A stretch of DNA of 64,000 nt from an uncultured Dialister sp. (GTDB lineage Bacteria > Bacillota > Negativicutes > Veillonellales > Dialisteraceae). The stretch covers positions 7,228 through 71,227 of the forward strand of contig UQRR01000002.1 of the NCBI GenBank assembly GCA_900543455.1. The letters are read 5' to 3'. Positions 40,977 to 50,706 of the stretch are shown here, piece by piece. The number at the start of each line of letters is the position of its first letter. Position 1 is the first letter of the stretch. The position numbers and the translations under genes were made by a program. The notes under the pieces are model-generated. The model worked only from the letters and a program-made list of their open reading frames with translations. It made no database searches and was not told the DNA's origin.

Positions 40977-43028
40977 CTACCGCTCGTCTAGTCGTCTGAT
41001 CCTTCCATTGCGTCCGGCAATCACTTCATAAACTTGAATCGGCTCGTTTGCTCGTTTCAAGTAGTTTTGAATCGTCTTTGATGAAACCTGCATCTCATCC
41101 GCAAGATTGGTTTTGTTCACTACATCCCCGTTCGCGAGATGATGCTCCAGCGTCCGGATGAATTCTTCGTAGCGATCATTTTTGTTCTGCGTCTGCGTGA
41201 TATTTCCCTTGACGCGGTTCCCTTCGATGCTGCCCTCAGTACGTTTCGGATCGATATCAGGAGCGAGCGTGTGGAGCGGGTACTGGAAGAGGATGGCTTT
41301 CGGCTTCGGCGTCTTGAATTCGCGAAGGATGCATGTGACGCAGTAAGCGACATCGCACCCATACTGTTCCTTTTCCTCTTCTTTCAGCTCGATCGCCGTC
41401 AGGTCGATGATGGCATCTGCATCGCGGGAGAATACGCCCGAGCCGCTGCCGCGGTCGGTCGCCCGCTTGGCGCCCTGCGCGCCCTTGGAGTGATGGTGGC
41501 AGTAGATGACAGAGCATCCCAGCTCGCGGCAGATGTAGTCAAACTGATTGCCAAAGTACGCCATATCGCTGGCGGCATTTTCGTCACCCGTGATGACCTT
41601 GTAAATAGGGTCGACGATGATCGCTTCCAGATGCATATCCTTACACCGCCGGACGATGATCTTTGCCAGTTTGTCCATCGGAAGCGCCTTGCCCCTGAGA
41701 TCCCACACGATGAGATTGCTGGAGCTTGGATGCATCGGCATGCCCTTTGCCCGGTAGATGTGCTCCAGTCGGTCGATGAAAGATTTCTCGTCGATTTCCA
41801 GATTGATATAGAGGACTTTCCCCTGCCGGCATTTCCACCCCAGAAACTCACCGCCGGACGCAATGGCAAGCGCCAGCTGCATCAGATAGAAAGACTTCCC
41901 CGCCTTCGAGGGGCCGGTCAGTATAGCCTTGTGCCCCAGTCGGAGAATGCCGTCGATCAGGACCGGATTCAGAGGCGGCGGGTCATCGATGACCGTATTG
42001 AGCGGGAGGAAAGGCGGCAGGTCATCCTGCTGCTCCTCCGTCCATGCGAGCCAGGTGAGATAGTCCTTCTGCCCCTGATTGACGCCGATCAGGAACTGCT
42101 TCTTGCCGTTCCGCGTGACGCCCGGCATGCGGGACAGGCGGGAAGGGTTCTTGTTCTGCTCGTCGACTTTGAAGCCGTTTTTGTTGCAGATGTCGTACAT
42201 ATGGGCGACGCGCTCATAGTATTCCTTCTGTGTCGCAGCATCGACATGGACGATGGCATGCACTGACTTCCCGCCGGAATAGACGATGGCAGCGCATGGC
42301 AGCTGCATCTGTCGGATGAGCGCCAGCTGCTGGCCGAGAGGCAGCGTATCCGACTCCACCAGCGCATAGCGATAATCAGTGACATTCGCATTCTTAGCCC
42401 CTTCTCCGTCCAGCGGATTGATACGGATCCATGCCCCTGCCGCCTCATTCTGCAGGCTGCCGATAGCACTGGATATCTTTTCGGCATGCTTCAGCGCCTC
42501 GACGATCTCTCCGCACGTCCGCTTGCACTGGCCATTATCGACAGGCTTCCATTTCCCGTCCTTAGCCAGGAAGGAATTCACTGCCAGTCCGACATACTCA
42601 TCCGGTTTGAAGAGCGCCTGCAGATAGGAGATGAGGTCTTCTTTCGGTTTCCACTCCTCATCACTTGGCTCATGGAAATCTTCCGGCTCGACCGTTGATG
42701 GATCGATCAGGAAATCGGAATCCGTGAAGGTGAACCCCGTCACAGTGTGAACCGGCCCTTCATGACGTCCGGAGGGCTTCCACCCGCCTTCCTTCGCCCA
42801 CTGGGTGATGACGGCACCGGTGACTGGCTGCTCGCGGTCTTCATGGAAAGACTGCCACTTCTTGACGCATTCCCCTTCATGAAACTTCCCGCCCCTACGG
42901 CTCCACGTTTCCCAGACAGACAGGGGATAGCCCTCCTTCTGGAGAGCCATGCCCACTTGGATCCATCGTTCATAGCTGTAGTCTGGGTCGATGAAGGCCA
43001 AGAGCGGCACTAGATCGATTTTGCTCAT
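40977..43028 (-). CDS. phage replication protein: primase C-terminal-like domain, AAA_25/RepA-type P-loop ATPase and C-terminal HTH
   Basis: 683 aa. Walker A GPSKAGKSFYLMQLA, a DnaB/RepA-like core, and the tail ...NKTNLADEMQVSSKTIQNYL. Confidence 0.7.
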   Translation of the reverse strand: MSKIDLVPLLAFIDPDYSYERWIQVGMALQKEGYPLSVWETWSRRGGKFHEGECVKKWQSFHEDREQPVTGAVITQWAKEGGWKPSGRHEGPVHTVTGFTFTDSDFLIDPSTVEPEDFHEPSDEEWKPKEDLISYLQALFKPDEYVGLAVNSFLAKDGKWKPVDNGQCKRTCGEIVEALKHAEKISSAIGSLQNEAAGAWIRINPLDGEGAKNANVTDYRYALVESDTLPLGQQLALIRQMQLPCAAIVYSGGKSVHAIVHVDAATQKEYYERVAHMYDICNKNGFKVDEQNKNPSRLSRMPGVTRNGKKQFLIGVNQGQKDYLTWLAWTEEQQDDLPPFLPLNTVIDDPPPLNPVLIDGILRLGHKAILTGPSKAGKSFYLMQLALAIASGGEFLGWKCRQGKVLYINLEIDEKSFIDRLEHIYRAKGMPMHPSSSNLIVWDLRGKALPMDKLAKIIVRRCKDMHLEAIIVDPIYKVITGDENAASDMAYFGNQFDYICRELGCSVIYCHHHSKGAQGAKRATDRGSGSGVFSRDADAIIDLTAIELKEEEKEQYGCDVAYCVTCILREFKTPKPKAILFQYPLHTLAPDIDPKRTEGSIEGNRVKGNITQTQNKNDRYEEFIRTLEHHLANGDVVNKTNLADEMQVSSKTIQNYLKRANEPIQVYEVIAGRNGRIRRLDER

Positions 43029-43034
43029 AGCCGT

Positions 43035-43520
43035 TTACCGTTCGGGCTTGTAGTACTTCTTGATGACATTGCGCGTGGTCTGCTTGCCGTTCCATTCGGA
43101 CGTTTCATGATCGACCTCGAAGTCCCCTTCCAGCCCTACGGCGGTCGTCCAGAGCGGGTCATCCGCGCCGCCGATGCCGTTCTCTTTGAGTGCATCACCA
43201 AGACCGATGGCATCGAAGAAGCAGGCGAATTTCCACTTCTGATTGCTCTTGTAGACCAGGTAATCTGTAAGGCGTGTCTTTGTTCCGTCTTCGTGATGGA
43301 TGTCCATCAGGATGGTTTTCATGAGCGTGTTATCCTTCTTCGTGAAGCTCGTCTGGCAGTCATAGACTACGAAGTGGTAACGGCCTTTCGGGATAGGGTC
43401 GAAGAGACTCCCCTTGTCCTTGAAATCATCGTTCGTGAAATCGGAAAACCCGGTCACCACCATTGCCTTTTCCTTCTCGGTATCCGGCGTAGCATTTCCA
43501 AACTGTCCAAAATTCGGCAT
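43035..43520 (-). CDS. DUF669-family phage protein
   Basis: 161 aa, in its usual position next to a Sak4-like ATPase. Confidence 0.45.
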   Translation of the reverse strand: MPNFGQFGNATPDTEKEKAMVVTGFSDFTNDDFKDKGSLFDPIPKGRYHFVVYDCQTSFTKKDNTLMKTILMDIHHEDGTKTRLTDYLVYKSNQKWKFACFFDAIGLGDALKENGIGGADDPLWTTAVGLEGDFEVDHETSEWNGKQTTRNVIKKYYKPER

Positions 43521-43621
43521 AGTATTATTCCTCCTAAAATGTAAAAATCGTAACTTAATGTGCGAAAATTGAGAAAAAATCTCTCAAAACCATGGTTACA
43601 AACAGAAATCGTGGTTATAGA

Positions 43622-44710
43622 CTAAAACGGAGTGCGGATGTTGTTCAGCACATAGTATTTGAATCCCGCCCATGTATCAGGCTTGATGAGTGCTTCTACA
43701 TAGTCCGCCGGGATCTTCGCCAGATTCTCGGCCTTCGCTGCTGGTTCGTTAGGATCTACTTCGCGGATCGCTTTCAGCAGTTCCCCCTCCGTGATCGGTG
43801 AAGGGTCTGCCTCCGATACGCCGAGCGCCATCAGACGCGCGAGCTCGTCATACACATTCGTGGGCGGGTCTGGCTTCGCTTCTGCGGGCTCCGCGGCCGT
43901 TTTAGGGGTGATTCCCTTCTGTGCCTTCTTCTTCGCCTGATACGCCTTTTCCATGGTGGTTTTCGGCGGCGTGACAGGACGGGCGGGGATGATGGACTGG
44001 ATTTCCTTGAAGTCGAAGTCCAAAACATCCGCAAGGCCGAAGCGGTTCTTCGCATCCGCGAATGGCGTGTGCGTCGCGCGCATTCTCCGCTGGCCGCCTG
44101 CTGCCTTGCCTTTGCCGTCTGCTCCCTGTCGGATGATGACTTTGTAGTCCGCAAAGAGCAGAAGATCCGCCCACTCTTTGAGAAGAGCCCCCAGTGAATT
44201 GTTCTTGCTCCCGGGGAGCTTCATCTCCCAGTGGTCATAGCTCCCGGTGTCATCCGGCCTTGTGACCGTGCGCTGCATCGCGTGTGCCAGGAATACGACA
44301 TTGAAGCCCATATTCACCAGCACCTCCGCATTGACCAAGAGCTTCGAGAATTCTTCGGCGAGGATCACATAGCCCTTGCCATAGCCGAATTCTTCGATGC
44401 TCTTCTTGCTGCCGTTTGCCTTGCAGATGTAGGCGCTCGCCAGTTTTGCCGCCATATCTGCCGTGTCGATGACGATCGTCGAATAGGGAAGCGACGGGTC
44501 GCGCTGGATCTGGTCCAGCGTACCCATGAGGGCGGGCCAGTCCTGAATGGAGTCGATGCGGTCGACGTCCATCCGGCGGCTGCCGCGGTCCAGGTCGAGG
44601 AAAAGCGGCGCGGGGAAATGACTGGCGAAAGTCGTCTTCCCGATGCCTTCCACGCCGTATACCACGACCTTGACGGCACTCTGCTGGATACCCTTGTTAA
44701 TGGTAAGCAT
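43622..44710 (-). CDS. AAA_24 / Sak4-like phage recombination ATPase
   Basis: Walker A VYGVEGIGKTTFA and a RecA-like core. C-terminal low-complexity tail. Confidence 0.7.
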   Translation of the reverse strand: MLTINKGIQQSAVKVVVYGVEGIGKTTFASHFPAPLFLDLDRGSRRMDVDRIDSIQDWPALMGTLDQIQRDPSLPYSTIVIDTADMAAKLASAYICKANGSKKSIEEFGYGKGYVILAEEFSKLLVNAEVLVNMGFNVVFLAHAMQRTVTRPDDTGSYDHWEMKLPGSKNNSLGALLKEWADLLLFADYKVIIRQGADGKGKAAGGQRRMRATHTPFADAKNRFGLADVLDFDFKEIQSIIPARPVTPPKTTMEKAYQAKKKAQKGITPKTAAEPAEAKPDPPTNVYDELARLMALGVSEADPSPITEGELLKAIREVDPNEPAAKAENLAKIPADYVEALIKPDTWAGFKYYVLNNIRTPF

Positions 44711-44757
44711 ATATACCTCCTATGATGTATTTCTAAAAGTGAATCGCCGGATGGCTA

Positions 44758-45252
44758 TCACTTAATAGACAGATTCTGCTTTTCTTCCAAAGAAGCGCCG
44801 GGGACGGCCTTTCCTGCTTTCAAAAGCTCTTTGATAGCCAGCTTGTCCGGCTTGGTCGTGATGACCTGCTTCATGAAGCACATGGGGATCATATTCTCAT
44901 CCGGGATGGATACCGTCACGGACTTTCGCCATCGGATCTGGGCACTAGGCACATCCGCCTTCTTGCCCGCTTCCAGATGCATGGCCAGATAGGTCTTAAG
45001 GCTCTCCAGCTTCTTCTGCGCCGACACGGCTCTCGCCGTCAGCTTGTCGACTTCTTCTTTGTACTGCTCGATATCCGACTGGAGATTCTTGATATACCGG
45101 CAGATGTTATCCACCTTGGCCCATTTCTCCATCTCGAGATCATCCAGTGCTTTTGCATCCAGTACTTCCCCGGTGCTGCCGTCTACGGCAGTGCCTTCCG
45201 GAGTGACGAAGATATTTGCCAGCTTTTCATCGATTTCATACAATGTTGCCAT
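44758..45252 (-). CDS. Gp157-like siphovirus protein
   Basis: 164 aa. Lies upstream of Sak4, the usual partner position. Confidence 0.45.
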   Translation of the reverse strand: MATLYEIDEKLANIFVTPEGTAVDGSTGEVLDAKALDDLEMEKWAKVDNICRYIKNLQSDIEQYKEEVDKLTARAVSAQKKLESLKTYLAMHLEAGKKADVPSAQIRWRKSVTVSIPDENMIPMCFMKQVITTKPDKLAIKELLKAGKAVPGASLEEKQNLSIK

Positions 45253-45267
45253 TTCTTCTCTCCTTCA

Positions 45268-45693
45268 CTAGTACAATACGTCAATAAGTTCTCGATAGAC
45301 GCCTTTCGGCATCTTGATCGGCCGCGTCTTTGCCGGAAGATCCAGCAGATCCTCCGCCACATCCACCAGCTCTGCGAGCGTATCCAGCTCTTCCTCTGAG
45401 CAGCCCTCAAGGAACGGCCAGTCCTTCTCACAAAAGTCGATCATCATGTCCCATTCATAGGAAGACATCAGGTCGATCATCTGCGTGCTATCCCCTATTC
45501 GCTGCTCGATGGATTTAAACATCAGCTGCAGATGCTTCATCAGCGCTTTCGCGCTCTTCATCGGGTACAGCTTCAGCCTGCCGGTGATTTTTGTGTCGAT
45601 CATGCTGCAATGCTTGCAGCATGTGCCCTGTTTCTTACTATTGCGTGAATTGTAGTAGGTCTTACCGCAGATCCGGCACTGATGAGGATACAT
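45268..45693 (-). CDS. phage Cys-rich hypothetical protein
   Basis: MYPHQCRICGK...CCKHC motifs. Start is uncertain. Confidence 0.3.
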   Translation of the reverse strand: MYPHQCRICGKTYYNSRNSKKQGTCCKHCSMIDTKITGRLKLYPMKSAKALMKHLQLMFKSIEQRIGDSTQMIDLMSSYEWDMMIDFCEKDWPFLEGCSEEELDTLAELVDVAEDLLDLPAKTRPIKMPKGVYRELIDVLY

Positions 45694-45862
45694 CGGCTTC
45701 GGTTGCTTCGTTTTCTGTTTCAATCGGTTCACCTCCCACCCAGTCATCCCATGCGTCATCCGCGTGCTCCATCTCGTATTCTTCCCGTTCAAGGCGGCGG
45801 CGGGCGGCTTCTTCATCGAAGTACCCAATGCCGCACACCATGTGATTTTCAAGCTCTGCCAT
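45662..45862 (-). CDS. small acidic phage protein
   Basis: 66-aa ORF. Confidence 0.3.
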   Translation of the reverse strand: MAELENHMVCGIGYFDEEAARRRLEREEYEMEHADDAWDDWVGGEPIETENEATEADVSSSVPDLR

Positions 45863-45956
45863 GATTTCTCCATTTCTGCTATAATAGAGGCAGGAATGAG
45901 TACCAAAACCTTCCTGCCCGAGCCTTAGCAGTAGCCGCTGCCAAGGCTCTTTTTCT

Positions 45957-46184
45957 TTACTCTTTCACCTGCAGCTCGATGACCTGCATCTCGCCATTGC
46001 CATCTTTCAGATCCTCGGTGTTTGCGAAGATCCCGGTGACGACCAGATGCGGGACGGGTTCTTCTTCATTGATGGCGCTCTTGTACCCGAAGAAATAATC
46101 GTCGCCATCCTCATTGAACACGTGGACAGGCTGATCCTCCATGAGGAGCTCGAGCGCCTGCTCCAGTGTGACTTCGTCTTTCAT
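45957..46184 (-). CDS. phage hypothetical protein
   Basis: 75-aa ORF. Confidence 0.35.
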   Translation of the reverse strand: MKDEVTLEQALELLMEDQPVHVFNEDGDDYFFGYKSAINEEEPVPHLVVTGIFANTEDLKDGNGEMQVIELQVKE

Positions 46185-46688
46185 TTAGTCGCTCCTTCCA
46201 TCCACGAACGGTCGGTACTTCGACCGTTTCCTAGCCTTCTTTTCTTCGGCGGCGTTCTGCTTCTTCCACATCAACGCCATGTGCTTATGCTCTCGGCAGC
46301 AGTACATGGCCGTTGCCGACTGTGTGCCAAAGGCCTTTCCGCACCACTTGCAGCATCTCTCAAAGTAGCCACCGCCGAAGCCTCTGCCCGCCGGAGCTTT
46401 CGAAGCCCTTGCAGCCTTCGGCTTATTCCGCTTCCAAAATGCCTTTTCGCATTTGGCGCTGCAGAACCGGAAGCGCTTGTCACTTTTGCTCATGACGCGG
46501 ACCCAGTGTCCGCATTGCTCACACTGGAACTCGCGGAGCGGGATGCCTTCTTCCGCTTCTTCTTTAGCGTGGTCCTTATCGCGGCGCCCTTCGTAGTAAG
46601 AGCGCCTCTCACACTCTGCGGAGCAGAAGCGTTTCCGCGGGGCGGCATCCGCAGGGAGCGGCTTCCCGCAGCCCTCGCAGCATCTCAT
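46185..46688 (-). CDS. phage protein with four CxxC...CxxC zinc-ribbon repeats
   Basis: Repeated C(E/K)xCG...FCSA(E/K)C units. Confidence 0.4.
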   Translation of the reverse strand: MRCCEGCGKPLPADAAPRKRFCSAECERRSYYEGRRDKDHAKEEAEEGIPLREFQCEQCGHWVRVMSKSDKRFRFCSAKCEKAFWKRNKPKAARASKAPAGRGFGGGYFERCCKWCGKAFGTQSATAMYCCREHKHMALMWKKQNAAEEKKARKRSKYRPFVDGRSD

Positions 46689-46893
46689 TGAGCCACCGCC
46701 ATTAGCAGGGTGTATGCCGCGGCGCATACCAGCGTCAGCGGATAGACCGCTACTTCCTTCCAAAACTCCCTGCGAGTGTTAGCAGGATCGTATTTCTTCG
46801 TGACTACTTGAGAGGCGAGAGCTGCGGTTCTCGCCTCTTCTTGCTCGCGGGAGTCCATCATCTGATGAACGACCTCTACTGCTTCTGCGCTGG

Positions 46894-47235
46894 TCATGAT
46901 TTATTCATCTCCCTGATTTCCGTGACCACTCTGGATGCTGCCATGTATCCGGCAGCTTTCCCCTCGTAGATCCGCGCCATCATGTCCTTCGCACACAACC
47001 TAGCGCTTTCCGCCAGATTCATATTGCGGGTTTCCTCGTGGCACAAGAAATTCGCCATGCTTTCGAGCAGCGCCTTCGACTCCATCATCTGCATGGAAAC
47101 GGCGAGGGCGTCAGCCTTCCCCGTCAGGTAGTCGCCGACGCAGGTGTCTTTGCACGCGACAAGCTCGACGCCTGCATCAGCGCGAAGAGCGCTCAATTGT
47201 GCGAGGATCACTTCTCTCATTTTTGTTTCTTTCAT
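46894..47235 (-). CDS. phage hypothetical protein
   Basis: 113-aa ORF. Confidence 0.35.
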   Translation of the reverse strand: MKETKMREVILAQLSALRADAGVELVACKDTCVGDYLTGKADALAVSMQMMESKALLESMANFLCHEETRNMNLAESARLCAKDMMARIYEGKAAGYMAASRVVTEIREMNKS

Positions 47236-47253
47236 TCTTTGCTTCTACCTCCT

Positions 47254-47547
47254 TTAGGTCGTCTCCATGGCCTTCTCCTCATTCTGTCTGGCTTGCCAGA
47301 CAGAAATCCTGGTCCCTTCCTTCGCCTTTTTCACGGCTTCCAGGAAGGTCCCCGGTCTATCTTTCAGCCCCTCGCGTGCCTTCCGCTCGAGGAAGGCGTC
47401 CATGTCTTTGGGGTTGAACATGAACCGCTGGCCAATCCTAAAGCAGGGGATTTCTCCTGCCCGGCAGTACCTGCGAATGGTACTGACTGGGAGACCGTGG
47501 GTCTCCGCGTATTCCTTCGCGGAGATCCACCTTTTTTCTTTGCCCAT
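47254..47547 (-). CDS. excisionase-family / MerR-like HTH DNA-binding protein
   Basis: WISAKEYAETHGLPVSTIRRYCRAGEIPCFRIGQRFMF. Confidence 0.5.
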   Translation of the reverse strand: MGKEKRWISAKEYAETHGLPVSTIRRYCRAGEIPCFRIGQRFMFNPKDMDAFLERKAREGLKDRPGTFLEAVKKAKEGTRISVWQARQNEEKAMETT

Positions 47548-47839
47548 GATGGCACCTCCTAATGGTTACCTGAGCTCCGGGATCTGTCGCAGAATGTCCC
47601 AGAGCGCCGTCTGCGGGGCGTCCGTGCTGATGTCCGCATAGCGAACTCCCCAATGGCGAGCTCCATATTTGAACATTGCCTCGACCGTGCAGTCGCTGCC
47701 GTCCTCGATGATTTTCAGCGATAAGAGCGGCACGCCGGCTTTCTGCAGCGCCTGACAGAGCAGGGCGATCGCCTCTGCGCGTGCTTTCTTCTCTTTGGCG
47801 ATTCTCTCGTTCCATTCTTCGTCTGTCATGGTTCCTCCT

Positions 47840-48244
47840 TTAGGCAGTCTCATTCTTTCCTGCCGCCTCTTTTTGTAGCCGTTTGAGCTGGCTGCGGAAG
47901 TCAAATTCATTGCCGCGGTCGCCGCCTTTGATGACGCGGCAGGTACGCCGCTTCTCTTCGGCGATCTTCCGCTTATCCACTTTCGCCTCCGCCTTGAGGC
48001 GCGCCATCCCTCCTTTGAAATCAAAGGGGCGCGCCCCCAGCTGCTGCTCCTCCCACTTTTTCTTTGCGGCGGCCTGCGTAGCCTCCATTTCCGCCTTCAT
48101 GGCAGTCTTGAGGTCTTCAAGCTCAAACTTGAAGCTCTTTCTCCCGTTGTGGTAAAACGGGAAAGCTCCCTTGGCGATGAGCCGCCGGATCTCACCGTAC
48201 TTGTAGCCGGTGAGCTTGGCGGCCTGCGAGATGTTCACCCACAT
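47840..48244 (-). CDS. HTH DNA-binding protein (excisionase/MerR-like N-terminus)
   Basis: VNISQAAKLTGYKYGEIRRLIAKGAFPFYH. Confidence 0.45.
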   Translation of the reverse strand: MWVNISQAAKLTGYKYGEIRRLIAKGAFPFYHNGRKSFKFELEDLKTAMKAEMEATQAAAKKKWEEQQLGARPFDFKGGMARLKAEAKVDKRKIAEEKRRTCRVIKGGDRGNEFDFRSQLKRLQKEAAGKNETA

Positions 48245-48272
48245 TACTACCTCACCCTCTTTTTAGCGTTTG

Positions 48273-48491
48273 TCACATTTCGTGACCATCTTGCTTAAAA
48301 AAAATCGTTTCTACTGCTTTCCCATAAAATCTCGCGAGCTTCACCTTGATTTCGTCCCTCGGCACGCGTTGCCCAGTTTCATACATCGTCAGTGCGGAAA
48401 CACTGATTCCACAGGCACTCGCTACTGTAAGGCGGGGAAGATTACCGCGTAATTCTCGCAGAGTAGACCCAATCGTTGCTGCATCTGGCAT
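48273..48491 (-). CDS. Cro-like XRE-family repressor
   Basis: HTH ...LTVASACGISVSALTMYETGQRVP. Divergent from the CI-like gene. RBS GGAGGTG. Confidence 0.6.
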   Translation of the reverse strand: MPDAATIGSTLRELRGNLPRLTVASACGISVSALTMYETGQRVPRDEIKVKLARFYGKAVETIFFKQDGHEM

Positions 48492-48509
48492 TCTATCACC
48501 TCCATCCAT

Positions 48510-48649
48510 TTGTCACGTATCGTGACTACATGAATACTATACCACTCGTCGCGATATGTGTCAACACGTTTCGTGATTTTTTCCTAGACGCTTATCACGT
48601 TTCGTGATATATTATTGGCAGATGCTATGTTTTGATAAGGAGGTTTATC
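48510..48649. promoter_or_regulatory. lysogeny switch region with 13-bp operators of consensus TCACGTTTCGTGA
   Basis: Operators at 48513-48525 (tcacgtatcgtga), 48565-48577 (acacgtttcgtga) and 48595-48607 (tcacgtttcgtga). A fourth lies at 48273-48285 (tcacatttcgtga). Confidence 0.6.
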
Positions 48650-49276
48650 ATGAATTTTCACGAACGGTTAAAAGCTCTCCGCCAGTCAAAGAAAGTAACT
48701 CAAGATGAATTTGCTAAATTAGTTGGTATAAGTCGAAGTGCTATTGGTATGTATGAATCGGGGAAACGGCGTCCTGATTACGAGACACTGGAAAAGTTAG
48801 CTGATTTCTTTAATGTTGATATGGATTACTTATTAGGCAAGAGCGATACCAATACAGATATTTTCAAACTCAAAAACATTGTCCCCATTGAAAGATGCAT
48901 GGTCCCCATCATCGGGCAGATCGCCGCCGGAAAGCCGATACTCGCGGATGAGCATATAGAAGCCTTTCTGCCCTGTGATACTGGCGTGCACGCAGACTTC
49001 GGGCTTGTGGTAAGCGGAGATAGCATGATAGGCGCCGACATCCATGACGGTGACGTCGTATTCATCCGCAGCCAGCCCATCGTGGATGATGGCCAGATCG
49101 CTGCCGTCCGTATCGACGACGACGCCACCCTGAAGCGCTTCTACAAAAATCCAGACGGCTGCACCCTCGTGTCCATGAACCCGCAATATCCGCCGATGAT
49201 CTTTAACTCTGACAACTGCGATTCCATCCAGATCATCGGGCTGGCGGTGGCGAAGTACTCGGTGATTAAGCAATAA
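48650..49276 (+). CDS. CI-like prophage repressor (XRE HTH plus S24 LexA-like peptidase domain)
   Basis: HTH ...VTQDEFAKLVGISRSAIGMYESGKRRP; C-terminal ...GDSMIGADIHDGDVVFI with the Ser/Lys dyad context. RBS AAGGAGG. Confidence 0.8.
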   Translation: MNFHERLKALRQSKKVTQDEFAKLVGISRSAIGMYESGKRRPDYETLEKLADFFNVDMDYLLGKSDTNTDIFKLKNIVPIERCMVPIIGQIAAGKPILADEHIEAFLPCDTGVHADFGLVVSGDSMIGADIHDGDVVFIRSQPIVDDGQIAAVRIDDDATLKRFYKNPDGCTLVSMNPQYPPMIFNSDNCDSIQIIGLAVAKYSVIKQ

Positions 49277-49439
49277 AAAGAGACCATTTTCGCGAGGTCA
49301 CGAAAATGGTCGAGGCGTGAGTTGGTGTAAAATTTGCAACAACTGCCTCGGATACCTTTATTTCCATAGGCGAAAAAAGGTATTTCCTGTATAGGGGGAT
49401 TGTATAAAGGGGTATTCTGAACGAAAGGAACGTGATATT

Positions 49440-50363
49440 TTGAAACAGTTATTATCCACTCAAGATTTAATAATGCATATGAAGAACAAAGGCATACAGT
49501 TTAATATTACGAATGAGCAAAGTGCCTCTGAATATTTAGAGCATAATAATTACTTCTTCAAGCTGGCATCCTACCGCAATAATTATACCAAACGCCAAAG
49601 GGGACAGTTTGCAGGACAATATGAAAACCTTGAATTTGCCTATTTGAAGGAACTTGCTATCATTGATATGCATCTTCGCTATTTGATTTTACAGATGTGC
49701 CTAGATATTGAACATCATATCAAGCTACTCCTTATTAAGGATATTGCAGATAATCCTGATGAAGACGGCTATACGCTTATCAATAATTTCGATCCTTCTA
49801 AGGATATCCGGGAAAATTTACTAAAACAAGCTAATAGTAGTTATGCTAGTGATTTGATATATAAGTATAATCAGTCGTCAGATTATCCGATTTATGCATT
49901 TTGTGAATTGATTAGTTTTGGTGAGCTTATCAAATTGTATAAATTTTATTCTAAGATGTATCCAACGAGGAACACTCTCCCGAAATCCAATTTGCTTTAT
50001 CCTATCCGTAATTTGCGAAATGCTTCTGCTCACAGCAACTGCCTTATATATAAACTTCATGGAGCGAAGCATACATCGGTTAAAGATATTAGTCAGGTGA
50101 TTTCACAAATTCCAACTATTTCGGCTTCTTCCAGGCTGAAGTATTTATCTATCCGCCCTATCCATGATTTTGCCGTATTGCTATATTGGTACACTTCCAA
50201 TGTCAAGAGTGACGGTCTCCTAAGAAAGCGAAAACGTGGCCTTTATCGGTTATTCTTCCAAAGAATGCGTGAGCATAAAGAATATTTCTCTTCTAACCAA
50301 TACATATCCAACGCATATCGCTTTTGCGCAAAAATGGTTATTTACTTTTTCAAAGATTATTGA
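49440..50363 (+). CDS. Abi_2-family abortive-infection protein (AbiD/AbiF-like)
   Basis: 307 aa, AT-rich (about 33% GC against ~55% elsewhere in the prophage). Contains the IRNLRNASAHSN motif. Located between cI and int. Confidence 0.65.
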   Translation: MKQLLSTQDLIMHMKNKGIQFNITNEQSASEYLEHNNYFFKLASYRNNYTKRQRGQFAGQYENLEFAYLKELAIIDMHLRYLILQMCLDIEHHIKLLLIKDIADNPDEDGYTLINNFDPSKDIRENLLKQANSSYASDLIYKYNQSSDYPIYAFCELISFGELIKLYKFYSKMYPTRNTLPKSNLLYPIRNLRNASAHSNCLIYKLHGAKHTSVKDISQVISQIPTISASSRLKYLSIRPIHDFAVLLYWYTSNVKSDGLLRKRKRGLYRLFFQRMREHKEYFSSNQYISNAYRFCAKMVIYFFKDY

Positions 50364-50458
50364 CAGGACCCCTATACAAATGTATAATGTAGATACATTG
50401 AAAACGATTTAGTCGTTTTGCAGGGGACGTGTTACGACATGTTCCCGATTTTTCGTTT

Positions 50459-50492
50459 ATAAGAGGTCTCTGTCATAGAGACCTCTTTTCTT
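50459..50492 (+). terminator. intrinsic terminator downstream of the Abi gene
   Basis: aagaggtctctgtcatagagacctcttttctt. Confidence 0.55.
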
Positions 50493-50706
50493 ATACTTTG
50501 AGACGAAAACGCGAAATCGGACATGCTCGGGCGCTTTCAGACAGCGCAAATTTTCCTATTTTTCCTACGGTTTCCTATTTCATCTAATTTAGTTTCAAAA
50601 TTGGCCGTTTTTGAAACTAAAGGCTCTCTGATTCATCTCTTAGTTTCAATTTCCCTACTTTTTAAAACTAAAGACATGTTGACAAGGTGGGAGAAAGGAG
50701 CTCGCT

